The notes beneath the pieces were generated by a model. It was not told the origin of the DNA. It ran no database searches and worked only from the letters and a program-made list of their open reading frames with translations. A DNA stretch of 64,000 nt from Octopus sinensis. Taxonomy: Eukaryota. Positions 51,346 to 64,000 of this stretch are shown piece after piece. The DNA is taken from NCBI RefSeq assembly GCF_006345805.1, contig NC_043006.1:104036001-104100000 (forward strand), read 5' to 3'. The position numbers and the translations under genes were made by a program. The first letter of the stretch is position 1. Every line of letters begins with the position of its first letter.

Positions 51346-52572
51346 ATATATGTATGTAATAAATAACGTATGCATGTGTATATATACATGGGTGCGTGTG
51401 CTTGTGTGTATGCGTGTGCATTTGTGTGTTTGTGCTTGTGTGTGTGTTGTATGTGTATGTATTTACGTATATACGAATATATCATTTGTAGCCAGTGGTT
51501 CAAATATAGAGGAAGGAGATGGCCTTTTAACATAAAAGCATTCCAAAGTTTACGTTTAAATGATGATGAAAGGAATGTCACGATGCCGTTATTTTTATCT
51601 TGTTGATAACTTCACCTTGCTTTAATCCTAGATAATAATGACACTCGTGTCACGAGACCGTGGTTTTAGATCAAGTTATTGCTTTTACATTACTGCGATA
51701 CTACAAATATCACGATACATGCATTGAAGACCGAAAATCCGGTTGAAGTCAACAGTGGCAGATAAATATTACGCTGTCTGTGCATGATGAGTAGTAAGTA
51801 ATTGAGCCAAGTATTTGAGGTCAAACTAGATATCTCTCGAAAAGTGCACCATAGATTCAGACAAAACTCAAACCTCTTTCAGTGTTTATTACATAATTGT
51901 TCTTCTACAGCCTAGCAGTCAGGAAACTGATTTAATAAGGCAAGCATTCTCCTTACGTTACTCTGTATTTATGTAACGATGTTTAGGAATTTTGATCAGA
52001 AATATTTGGGAAAAATGTTCTTCGTTACATTTAACACAAGAAAATCCGTAGCGCACGCAGTTGATTAACGTTTATTTTACCACTAATTATAAAGTACAAT
52101 TTAGTTCATTCCTGTTCAGTCCATTCACAATTCACTTTTGTTCCACTAAAATGCCACCATGTTTCATTGTTTTTTAATGAATCATCAAGAATTCTTGTGT
52201 TCAAAAGAAGCGCGAGTATCACGGTTTCAAAATTTTGCACATGGCCAACAGGTTTGGGAGAAGGATTGAGTCGATTACATCGATCACAGTGGTACTAATT
52301 TTATCGATCTCGAAAGGTTGAAAGTCAAAGTTGACCTCGTTGGAATTTGAACTCACGATGTAAAGGTGAACGAAATGTCACTAAGCATTTTGCCCGATGT
52401 GATAACCATTCTGCCAACTCGGTGCCTTGAAAGCGCGTAATATTTTATTTTTAATGTCTTCAACGAGAGGCTCTGACCAACTGTTGAACCGCCTTTAGTG
52501 GGGTTGCTTTTCATTCATCACCAAATCCCTGATCGTCTGGAATTATTGCTGGTGAAGTAACGATTTGGGTTA

Positions 52573-52624
<52 letters not shown>

Positions 52625-52948
52625 GCACATATATAGGCCCAAGCGTGACTATGTGGAGGCGCAGGTGTGGCAGTGTGGTAAGAAGCTTATTCACCACTAA
52701 ATGGTTCCGTGTTAAGTCCCATTGCGTGGGACTTTAGTAAGTTTTCAAGAAGCTCATTGTGTGTGTGTATTTGTGTTTGTTTGTTTGTGCGTGTGTGTAT
52801 TTGTGTTTGTGAGTGTTTAATATTGAATACCATATTCCTTATAATAGCATATAACCAGTCAGATAGTTACCATTGTTTTCGCGTATACTGTTACACTTAG
52901 CAATACGACGCCTCTGTTTCGAAAGACCCTGGTTAGTGTGTATGTATG

Positions 52949-53028
<80 letters not shown>

Positions 53029-53201
53029 ACGTATGTATGTATGCAGGAGTAGCTGTGTGGTAAGTAGCTTGCTTACCAACCACATGGTACCGGGTTCAGT
53101 CCTACTGCATGGCCCCTTGGGTAAATGTCGTCTACTCTAGCCTCGGGTCGACAAAGCCTTGTGAGTGGATTTGGTGGACGGAACCTGAAAGAAGTCCGTC
53201 G

Positions 53202-53264
<63 letters not shown>

Positions 53265-53348
53265 TTATTATTATTATAAATATTATTATAATAAATATTA
53301 CTATAATATATATATATATATATATAAATGTGTGTGTGTGTGTGTGTG

Positions 53349-53450
53349 TACAGGGGTTGGACAAAATAATGGAAACAGCTTAAAATTTCAAACAAATTTA
53401 TCTTGTACTAGGATTTATCTCAAAAATAATTATTTTATTGTTTAGTTCTA
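53349..53450. mobile_element. Single Tc1/mariner-like terminus
   Basis: TA|CAGGGGTTGGACAAAATAATGGAAAC; partner end not found. Confidence 0.55.
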
Positions 53451-53553
53451 TAATATTCAAAATCAAGAATATTACTTGTAGTTAATCTATAGATCTAGTT
53501 TTGTATTGTTGTGAAAACATTTTCATCATATCAAACACAATGATTTTGAAATA

Positions 53554-53988
53554 TCTACTATAATAATATTCTTGTGCATTTGTCCGTCACAACATACGAA
53601 TGAGAAAGGAAGAGGTGATAGATGAATAAGGAAGGAAAGGGTGATGGTAAATTGGTAATGGGATGATGGAAGTTCTATGGTATAAAAAGAAATCAAACAG
53701 CGTTTCAACTCTGCGTGAGTATATGTGTGTGTTTGTAAGAGGGAGTCATGTTAATGTTTGTGTTTGTGTGTGTGTGCAAGGGAAGTGGGATGGTGAACAT
53801 TTAACGCTGAAAAGAAAAATCAAACAGTGTTTCAACTCTGTGTGGACATATTTTGTGTATGTGTTTGCGTGTTCAAGGGAAGGATGTGAATGTTTGCATC
53901 TGTGATTACTATGTACCTTATTTTGTACCTTATTTATATATAAAATACTACAATTAGCCTTTGTTTTTGACGCCACGGGGTCAGCTAG
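53554..53988 (+). mobile_element. Non-autonomous Helitron
   Basis: A|TCTACTATAATAA 5' end, subterminal hairpin TGAC..GTCA, CTAG|T 3' end, AT target site. Confidence 0.7.
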
Positions 53989-54311
53989 TTACAGTAACAA
54001 AGGCGGCGAACTGGCAAAGTCGTTAGCACAATGCACAACATACTGAACGGCATCAATCTTTACGTACCGAGTTCAAATTCTGCCGAGGTCGATTTTTCTT
54101 TTCGAAGTCGATAAGTTGCAGTTAAACAATGCGATCGATGTAATCGATTAGACCCTTCCCCAAAAATTTCAAACCATGCGCTCCTTTAGAAGAAAGGTTT
54201 ATAATTAATGCTTTGTGGCATTTCGTCCGTCCTTATATTCTGAGTTAAAATTCCATCGAGGTCGACTTTGCCTTTTTCCTTTCGCGGTTGATAAATTAAG
54301 TACCAGTAAAA

Positions 54312-54369
54312 CACGCAGTTAGCCGCGCTCTTCATCGACGGACGAGTCGAGTGATCCCCCATCCAGGGT
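54312..54369 (-). pseudogene. 5.8S rRNA 5' fragment (~58 nt)
   Basis: GGATCACTCGACTCGTCCGTCGATGAAGAGCGCGGCTAACTGCGTG aligns with the conserved metazoan 5.8S start GGATCACTCGGCTCGTGCGTCGATGAAGAACGCAGCTAGCTGCG. Confidence 0.88.
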
Positions 54370-54654
54370 TTCGGTATTTGCTCTTACTGACGATCACGTA
54401 CTGAAAAGCAGCGACGCGGCGCGATGCTTCGCGCCGCAAGGGAGAAACGGAAAAGAAAACGAATCGAAACGGAAACCGAGCCACGGCGGCGGCAACAGCG
54501 GAAGAGCGGGCAACGGCCGGAGGCGGACGCGGGGGAAGAAGGAAGACTAAGAGAGAGCGAAGATCGTGGAGTCGCAAAGCGTGCAGCGCCGTAGCCGAGC
54601 GCACTGGTTGTCGGGTGGGCGCCGGCTGGATGAGACTTGCGCGGTCGGCAGCTA
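54370..54654 (-). other. Putative ITS1 fragment
   Basis: GC- and CpG-rich stretch directly 5' of the 5.8S fragment, contrasting with AT-rich surroundings; identity inferred from position. Confidence 0.72.
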
Positions 54655-55391
54655 GATGTAACCGACTACTCCTCTCCCTTCAAATAGGAGGCCTTGTGCT
54701 TTCAGTAGAAAGCATTATTATTATTATTATTATTAGCAGTAGTATTATTATTAAGGCAGCGAGATGGCAGAATCGTTAACACACTAGACAAAATGCTTAG
54801 TAATATTTCGCCCGTCGCTACGTTCTGAGTTCAAATCCCGCCGAGGTCGACTTTCTCTTTCATCTTTTCGGAGTCGATATATTAAGTACCAGTTACGCAC
54901 TGGGGAGGAGGTAACTGACTTTCCTCCCTACAAAATTTAGGCCTCGTGCCTTTAGGAGAGAGGATTAATATTATAAGGCGGTGAGCTGGCAGAATCGTTA
55001 GCACACTGGATGAAATGCTTAGTAGAATTTCGGCCGTCGCCAAGTTCTGGGTTCAAATTCCGCTGAGGTAAACTATGCCGTGTATCCTTTCGGGGTCGAT
55101 AAAATAAGTATCAGTTGAACACTTGGGCCGATGTAATCGACTTATCTCCTACCAAGAAATTACTGACCTTGTACCAAAATTTTGAAACCGTTATTATATT
55201 CATTAAATCTAATTGACATTCATTAAACCAAGTTTGAGGAATATTTAACTTTAAAAAAATCCCTCGATTATGCCAAAAATTTTTTAAGAAGAGCTTACAG
55301 CCCTAAACCAAGTTTTAATAATGACCGCATCACGTACATTCATTGATCCTTTGTTCCAAATATGATATTTGCCACTCACGAATATTCTAAA

Positions 55392-55784
55392 CTAGCAGTA
55401 TCGCCCGGCGTTGCTCGGGTTTGTTTCGACCCTTTAGAATTGGAATTTTTAAAAAGTAAAAATTTCGCATTATGTAGCTTGTTATTCTCTTTAAGTGAAC
55501 ATTTTTCTGGTTTAAATACACCGAAAAACCGCGACACAGCTGTCAAAAAATCGTAAAAAATAGGGATTTTCATAGAAAAAAAGCACCGTTTTGATGTAAA
55601 TAATTTTTGGTATTTAACATGATCCAATTTGAATTTTTTCTTCTACGGAAGGAAAAGCAAGCCTTCTTCTATCACACTCTTAATTTTGGTCAACTTGCGC
55701 CGCAGGGTCTCAGAAGAGATAGTGTTAGTTGAAGGCTACTAAACCTGCCATACACAGACAACTTCAGCTTTATATATAGAGAGA
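55392..55784 (-). mobile_element. Non-autonomous Helitron
   Basis: Minus strand A|TCTCTCTATATATAAAGCTGAAG ... CCCG-AGCAACGC-CGGG hairpin ... CTAG|T. Confidence 0.85.
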
Positions 55785-55984
55785 TTATTATTGCATCAGT
55801 CCATACTGATAATCACATTGTTGTCTAGGCTGAGATTACAAAACAATTGTATTAATATTAATCATAACTCAATAAAAAGAGAGTCGAGCAATACTATTGT
55901 TTGTGAGTTTGATAAGCGTTAAATGCTTGACGTTAGCTAATATTTATAATTAGAGCTTAAATCCCTTAACCTATCGCAGACATA

Positions 55985-56207
55985 GGCCACCTCTTCATCC
56001 TCCACCTCAGCTGATCTTCCACCTCCCCTCCCCCTCCTCCATCTCTTCCTCCTCCTTCCATTTCCATCCCTCCTCCCCTTGACCATCTCCTCCCCTCCTC
56101 CATCTTCTATTCCTTCCATTTCCACTCCTCCTCCCCATCGCAATCACCTCCCCATCTCTTTCCTTCCCTTCTTTTCCCTCACTTCCTACACCACCTCATC
56201 CTCCAAG

Positions 56208-56258
<51 letters not shown>

Positions 56259-56323
56259 AACTACTGCTGCTGCTACTACTACTACTACTACTACTATTAC
56301 GACGACGATGACAGCCACCAACC

Positions 56324-56362
<39 letters not shown>

Positions 56363-56365
56363 TCA
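55985..56365. repeat. Pyrimidine-rich (CCT)n-like tract followed by (TAC)n
   Basis: Direct reading. Confidence 0.9.
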
Positions 56366-57847
56366 CCACTGCTTCTGTATATTGGCAAGGCTTCCCTTCG
56401 TACAGATTACACATTTGATAAAGCCTCCTCGATGAAACCTCGAAGTGACAATCAATCATATTTATACTTGTTTTCCTAAAATATTTTTTCAGTGACTTAG
56501 TAGCATTTCGTCGGTCTTTTATGTTATGTGTTCAAATTCTGCCGAGGTCGTCAGTGCCTTCCATTGTTTCATGGTCTATAAAATAAGGGCCACTTGAATT
56601 CTGGGGCGATGTAATCACCTAGTTCCCTCCCCACAAAATTCAGGCCTTGTGCCTATAGGGGAACGAATTATCATCATTACATGTGCAGATATGTAGACGT
56701 ATATGGTGGGAATAGATGACTACATAATTAGTGCTCAAGCAGATCGAATTCTTAAACTGCCGTTACTTTATCGGGTTAAAAGCACTACAGAAGCAGATGA
56801 GTCGTCTAGAAGAGAGATAAAGTTCCATCAGATACAAAAAGGGAGAGACGGACAAACATTTATAAGATTTATAAGAAATGCATTTATACGAGTTGTTACC
56901 CTTTCTTTACGGCTGTTTCAAGCATGTGATGAATAATTAACAGTATAGTGTATAATATGCAAATAGATGCATATTATGAGACAAAATAATTTTTAAAAAT
57001 GTAATTACAGGGTTTGATTAGTTTCACTAAACCTGCCAAGACAGTGCCCCAGCATGGCTACAGTTCAGTGACGAAAACAAAAGATAAATGGGCGTTCATA
57101 TTAAAAAAAAACAGACAAACACCAGCTGTAAACTATAACAACAGTAGCAGCAGCGTGGCATAAATCGAAGAAGCTAAGGCCATCATCCATTTGTTGCTGT
57201 TTTCCTTCTCTTGTTACAAAAAAGTTAAATGCATTGTGGGATTGATAAGTGTAGTCGTTAGCAAGACATTAGGGTTAGGGTTATATGCAGATATGCGCAT
57301 GGGTTTAAGTACATAAGTATGCGGACATATATAATAGTGCATATATACACATATATGTACGTGTGTGCGAGCGTGCGTATATCTATATCCATATCTTTCT
57401 TTCTCTCTCTGATTCTTCAGCGCCCTCTATCACATTAGCTAGTACAACAAACACCTCCGTCTATTTTTAGAAACTTGACCCTTAAATCTTCGCTTCCTGT
57501 TTGAGATTTACTACTCATTTTAGTGCACCCATCCCTCCACCTTAGTACCTTTCAAACATAACACCCTACCGCCCACCCCTCATACATATTCCTTCCTTAC
57601 ATTCTTATCTCTTCCTATCTCCCTCTCCTCTCGCAACCCCTCATATCTTGACCACCATCAAACACTCCTTTTTCATTTTCCTTCCTCTTTCTTTCATTCT
57701 TTCTTTCTTCCTTTCTTCTTTCTGCATCTAGTCCTTTTGACCTTTTCCCCCAAATTCATCTAAGCAGCAACTTCCAGGATCTGACCTCACAGCCCAAAGA
57801 GTTAAAGCAGATATCGTAAAATATCTGGTGTGACGTTGTTACGGTCC

Positions 57848-58290
<443 letters not shown>

Positions 58291-58390
58291 CTAATTTGTC
58301 TGACAGTTAGTCCGTCTGATTGTCTGTCTGTCTGTCTGTCTTTCCCTCTCTCTCTCTCTCTGTATATATATATATATATTCTGTATATAT

Positions 58391-58453
<63 letters not shown>

Positions 58454-59199
58454 ATCTATGTATGTATGTAAGTGTGTCTGTGTGTCTGTGTTTTTCCCTT
58501 AAAACCGCTCGACAACTGGCGTTATTATGTTTGCATCCCCGTAACTTAGCGATTCTGCGAAGGACAGATATAATAAGAACGAAGCTTAAAAAATAAACCC
58601 CGGGGCTGATTCACTTGACTAAAAAATTTTAAGCGGTGCCCAAGCATGGCCGCAGTCCAATAACTAAAACAAGTAAAAGATATGCACATACCATGTATAT
58701 ACATACATATATATGTGTGTGTACTTGTATGTGTGTTTGTGTGTGCATGTGTGTGTGTGTGTGTGTGTATGTGTGTGAGTGTGTGTGTGTGTGTGTGTTT
58801 TCTGCTAAAAATTTCGACTGTAGATTCCAAAACCAGAATAGTCTGGAAAGATTGATAATCAGGTGAGTATCCGATATATGATGGAAAAAAGAAAAATATA
58901 AAACGTGATGTTGAAAAAGAAAAATGAACAAAAATCTATGGTTATAATAGACTGACTGAAGTATTAGGTATATTGGAAAATAGATTGCATGGACTGATAA
59001 ATGGCTGGATTTAATGGTTAAAAAATGCTGACCAGTGTTGGATAATGTCCGTCGGATTGTTACAAAATATTATCATGTCCGTCCCTACGTATAATATGAC
59101 TTAAAATAGAGATATCTCAAAGGAAATGTTTGATGTAGCGAAACAGTTTTCACTGATCTGTGTAATAAAGATGATATCTTCTTTGAGTAAGCAATCAGT

Positions 59200-60534
59200 T
59201 TCAGTTATTCAGGAAATCGTGAGCTTTCGCGTTAGTTCGAACAAAATGTGAAATTCTGAAGTTGTGACAATCCATGTTGATTTCTAAATCGTTTATCAAA
59301 CAGGTCTTTTGAAGGGTGGTTTGAGTAAAGGTTCGTTCCATCCTCGGTCCATTATCTGCCCGTCTATTGGAATATCTGAGAACAACATTGTACAATTTCT
59401 CCTTCATTTTTTGAAGGACGTTGGGTGTAGTGTAACGGTGATTTGCTTGCCACTTTTATCATACCAAGTGACAGTGAAAAGGTTCCTCCACCATTGGCTT
59501 CTGGTCAAAAGTATTTCGAAATTCAGTAAACAAATGACTAATACAAGTAGTAGTGTATACTAATGATACAGACAATAGAGGCAGGAATAACAGTAGTTGT
59601 ACTAGTAGTAGCAGCAGTAATTCTTTACATAACACCGCAATAATCTCTTGATCAATTACGTTGTCCTACTATACACTCAAAGTTCATCTCTATTTTCTTT
59701 GGTTTCTATTTTAGGGTTCTATATTATCTATTTTACCAAACATGTACCACCTTGCGCGCAGTTCTCAAGAACTTTGGAATGATATGAATTTTAGCCAGAT
59801 GCTTGCCAATTTCTTTTTATTCAGCATAGCAGCATTACAACCTTTGACATATCAGCCTAAATTCCTGCTAGTTGAATAACTAACCATAACACAGATCCTA
59901 TTTAAAATCTTACCATAATGATGTCCTATGGGAAAATGGTTATCTATCTTAATAGGGAATTCTCTTGCTATATTTGTGTGTGTTATTACTTTTTGACTAA
60001 AAATTGAATTGATTGTGCCAAAATATCTTACTTTCAGGTATTCCTACACTATACTCTCAGTACCTTTTACGTATTTAACCAAATCGGAGAATCCACTATT
60101 TCTGAATGCTTCAGAATATCGACTGCTCGTTTATTAAAGAGTTTGAACGGAAAATAGATGTTTACTAACGTTGCCAACTAAGTACATCAAGATACTGGAT
60201 GACTGATTTGTGATTCCGTATATGTAATCTAATTTCTCACCCGGTTTGTGATGATGTAGTGTAACACTATTATCTATAAAATTGGGCACTATAATGTCTA
60301 GAAAATTACGGCGATAGGGTTAGTATCTACGATTATTCTAAGCCCTGAAATACCCAAATCGGATTCTACTTAAATTTATCTAACTTATGACCATTAGAAT
60401 TTCTCAATAGAACGAGGCCATGATCGTGATATAAGCAACAAACCATTGGAGAAATTTTCATTTTCAATAAATCTAGAGTACATAAGTCTATAATTTCATT
60501 CTTCTGAGCATCATAGTACACACACACACACACA

Positions 60535-60581
<47 letters not shown>

Positions 60582-61450
60582 CACACACACACACAACATA
60601 TATATGTCATCCCTTATAGTCACCATCTCTACTTTCCGTTACTCAAATTTCATTATTGAAAAACATATTTGGTTTTATTTTATTCATAATCCCATTAATG
60701 CCTGACTCACAAGTATGGCTGATTGTTTTCACGAAATGTAGGTCTTTCATTAAGAAGGGATTAGTTATTGAAGGAGAATAGTTTGCAATATCAAACTGCC
60801 TGAACCTACAGCTGTTCTATTTTCATCTTGCAAAATCCTCCTGGTACTTACAAAATGTTGCACTATAAATTCAATGAAACATCTTTCACCCTAAGAATAT
60901 TTTTCTAATATTATTTTACTAATTAAACTTAACTATGGCTCTCGTTGATTCACTGTCTACGCTTGTTTTCACTCAAAGTTTAATTTATGGTTATAAAAAG
61001 AGACCGGGATATATATTTGCTATATAATTTGATAAAGGAACCTTTTATATATGCTAATTTCTAAGCTGTACAAATTTTTAGTTTTATAGTAGGAAAAGAG
61101 CACTCTACATTGAGTAGAGAAGTAGAATTTCCGAGTGACCTATCTTAAGAGCTGTTGTTACGGAACTAGATTGTTTTAAAGATATTTAAAAGGACTCCTT
61201 CAAAATTTACTATATCTTTGTTGCACATTGAGCTCTTGTGTTTTCCGAAGGCAAATATCGTCTTTATAACCTCCAGTCTTTCAATTTACGAAGAGCTGGA
61301 CGTGCCATTCAAAGATCTTATAAAGTCGACCTTTTTCTCCATCAGACATTTCATACGATACTTCGAAAGTATGATGCTTTATTTTTTTGCCGAAAACTCA
61401 TACCGTTACTTATCCATTATCAGTAATATCTATCAGTCCTCTTAAGATGC
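59200..61450 (-). pseudogene. Heavily decayed Penelope-like element (RT region; GIY-YIG region too eroded to confirm)
   Basis: Motifs in the expected order on the minus strand: NFEGVLLNIFKTI*FRN, ISKIILEK, QFDIANYSPSIT (60799-60764), CLYHDHGLVLLRNSNGHKLDKFK (YRDDGL-like), GLRIIVDTN..NFLDI; a (CA)n tract interrupts at 60507-60600. Confidence 0.72.
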
Positions 61451-61546
61451 CCTACATTCAGCAAACAAACAGGATTATTCGTGTCTTGTGTACATGAAGC
61501 TAAGTATATTTTGTGTAAATACCAGCCTCTTTCATTTTTAAGCTTT

Positions 61547-61960
61547 TTCTCTTTTACTCTTTTACTTGTTTCAGCCATTTGACTGCGACCATGCTGGAGC
61601 ACCGCCTTTAGTCGAGCAAATCGATCCCAATACTTATTCTTTGTAAGCCTAGTACTTACTCTATCGGTCGCTTTTGCCGAACCGCTAGGTTACGGGGACG
61701 TAAACACACCATCATCGGTTGTGAAGCGATGTTGGGGGGTACAAACACAAACACACAAACACACACACACACATATATATATAAATATACATATATACGA
61801 GGGGTTTCTTTTAGTTTCCGTCTACCAAATCCACTCACAAGGCTTTGGTCGGCCCGAGGCTATAGTAGAAGACAATTGCCTAAGGTGCCACGTAGTGGGA
61901 CCGAACCCGGAACCATGTGGTTGGTAAGCAAGCTACTTGCTACACAGCCACTCCTGCGTC
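61547..61960 (-). mobile_element. SINE family A, complete and close to consensus
   Basis: Head GACGCAGGAGTGGCTGTGTAGCAAGTAGC, B box GGTTCGGTCCC, tail GCAGTCAAATGGCTGAAACAAG(TAAAAGAG)n. Confidence 0.94.
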
Positions 61961-62519
61961 TAAAGCGAAGTCGACCTCGGCAGAATTTGAACTCAAAGAA
62001 TAAGTGAAACATCGTTAGACGTTTCGCCCGGCGCGCTAACGTTACTGCCAGCTCGCGTGGTTCGGGGAAAAAAAATTTGTCTTCTAAGTATTTTCAATAA
62101 AATCACTTAAAGGACAAAGTATTTTCGTAAGAGAACAATATTCAAAGTACTCTTCCTTATATCTCATCTAAAAGCTGAATGCATTGGTAAGTAAGAAAAA
62201 AAAAGGGGGCGGGGTGAAGCATTTCCACAAGAACCAAAAGTGACCCGAAAAAGGGGATCTTGAAATAGGTGTTCTTATAAGTAAGCCTATACATAAAGAC
62301 ATGCGTTTAATAAACAGAAAGATATGCAATTTTCGAATAATATTTCATAATATATTCAAATATCAGGTAATTAAGGAGAGAGATAAAAAAGGAGTAAAGG
62401 AATAGGGGGAGGAGAAGGGAGAAGAAGGGGACGAGAAGAAAAAAGAAGATAAGAGTTAAGCTGAAAAAGAAGAAAGGATAAGCAAAAAAAAAGGAATCGA
62501 GTGGAAGAAGAGAACATAT

Positions 62520-62810
62520 GGGAGCACTCCGTCGGTTGCGACGATGAGGGGGTCCCGGCTGATACGATCAACGGAACAGCTTGCTCGTGAAATTAACGTA
62601 CAAGTGGCTGAGCACTCCACAGATACGTGTACCGTTAACGTAGTTCTCGGGGAGATTCAGCGTGACACAGAGTGGGACAAGTCTGGCCCTTTGAAATACA
62701 GGTAATACTTATTTTTGCTAGCTGAGTGGACTGGAGTAACGTGAAATAAAATGCCTTGCTGAATGACACAATGCGTCACCGTGAATTGAACTCATGACCT
62801 TACGATCGTG
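62520..62810 (-). mobile_element. SINE family C (head truncated)
   Basis: GCACTCCGTCGGTT...CAACGGAACAGC...GTGGCTGAGCACTCCACAGA matches 2554-2922. Confidence 0.85.
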
Positions 62811-62825
62811 TCTTCATAATACACG

Positions 62826-62948
62826 CGCACACACATACGCACCCACACACATACGCACCCACACACATACGCACCCACACACATACGCACCCACACACAT
62901 ACGCACCCACACACATACGCACCCACACACATACGCACCCACACACAT
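62826..62948. repeat. 16-bp minisatellite (ACGCACCCACACACAT) x about 7
   Basis: Direct reading. Confidence 0.93.
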
Positions 62949-62989
62949 ATATATAATTGCATCTGAGAAGTGAAATGTATATCATGCGT

Positions 62990-63241
62990 TCTTTTACACT
63001 TTTACTTGCTTCAGTCATTTGGCTGCGGCCATGCTGGAGCACCGCCTTTAGTCGAGGAAATCGACCCCAGGACTTATTCTTTGCAAGCCTAGTACTTATT
63101 CTATCGGTCTCTTTTGTCGAACCGCTAAGTCACAGGGACGTAAACATGCCAGCATCGGTTGTCAAGCGACGTTGGGGGACAAACACAGACACACAAACAT
63201 ATACATACACACATACATAATACATATATACATACATATAT

Positions 63242-63282
<41 letters not shown>

Positions 63283-63437
63283 CGACCGGCTTTTTTCCGT
63301 CTCCGTCAACAAAATACACTCACAAGGCTTTGGTCAGCCCGATGCTATAGTAGAAGACACTTGCCCAAGGTATCACGCAGTAGGACTGAACCCGGAACCA
63401 TGTGGCTGGTAAGCAAGCTACTTACCACACAGCCACT
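62990..63437 (-). mobile_element. SINE family A, near complete
   Basis: Same consensus as 61547-61960. Confidence 0.93.
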
Positions 63438-64000
63438 ATATATATGTATATATATATATATATATATGCACACACATACACGTGGGTGTATGTGTGTGTG
63501 TTTATGTCCGGTCACGTGTGACTAACTGTATGTGGGTTCAGTCCTTGTACCTTCATTGGAGATTCTACATTTACATGGAGCAACTACAGCAGAACTTACA
63601 CGAAGAAACTGCCTACCACTTCAACCAACCAACCAACCAACCAACCAACCAACCAAACAAACAAACAACCAACAAACAAACCAATAAACCAACCAACCTA
63701 CCACCAAACCGATCGACCGACCCGCCCCTCCCATGAAACTGATCTAAAATTACCAAAACTACACGCAATACCATTGTCTCAAAACGCAATATCACACAAA
63801 TTTCGGTCTCGATCGTTTGAGAATAGTGCTATGAGTCACTAACGATATATATATATGTATATATACACATATATATAGCGAAAGAATAGGAACTGGTGTC
63901 GTATAAGACATACCCGAGGAGAAGAAAGAAACCGAAAAAAAGAATGAAAGAAAATAAAGAGAAATATTTTAGCCCACATAACATAGCACACCTTCATTAT

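Larger units (their letters stand above)
54000..55190 (+). mobile_element. Four SINE family B copies head to tail (the second carries the rDNA insert)
   Basis: Heads at about 54002, 54215 (truncated), 54755 and 54977. Confidence 0.88.

Noticed and set aside
54332-54604. 90-aa GC-rich ORF; also CTGACGA..GAAA at about 54388
   Set aside because: Better explained as ITS1/5.8S; the hammerhead-like string has no stem II.
56703-56936. 77-aa non-repetitive ORF
   Set aside because: No recognisable motif or supporting splice signals; this length is expected by chance.
57267-57283. TTAGGGTTAGGGTTA telomeric seed
   Set aside because: Only about 2.5 units and no flanking MITE sequence.
62176-62193. Strong donor TTG|GTAAGT with a possible 12-nt microexon
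   Set aside because: Longer upstream exon options have stops in all frames and the acceptor is weak; unsupported without RNA data.

Overview
AT-rich animal genomic DNA with one 100-N scaffold gap. The three tRNA-headed SINE families and the microsatellite load suggest an octopus/cephalopod; this is inference from repeat style, not a database match. I found no convincing host protein-coding gene, and most ORFs in the supplied track are translations of simple repeats. The window is dense in mobile elements: dozens of SINE copies; LINE fragments (CR1-like with an open RT frame, RTE, and an RLE-type R4/NeSL-like 3' end); a decayed Penelope-like element; Tc1/mariner remnants; several MITE families; and non-autonomous Helitrons. 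The most interesting observations are: (1) an unclassified 1325-bp retroposon-like cassette at 41620-42944 with a 6-bp TSD, intron-like signals, two overlapping short ORFs and three repeated 3' hairpins, plus a 128-bp copy of its 3' end with an 11-bp TSD at 33330-33457; (2) hammerhead ribozyme motifs, the best at 20681-20784; (3) an ITS1 plus 5.8S rRNA 5' fragment inside a SINE; (4) a LINE/SINE pair sharing a 3' stem-loop with compensatory changes; (5) a MITE family carrying telomeric repeats. All alignments and folds were done by eye.
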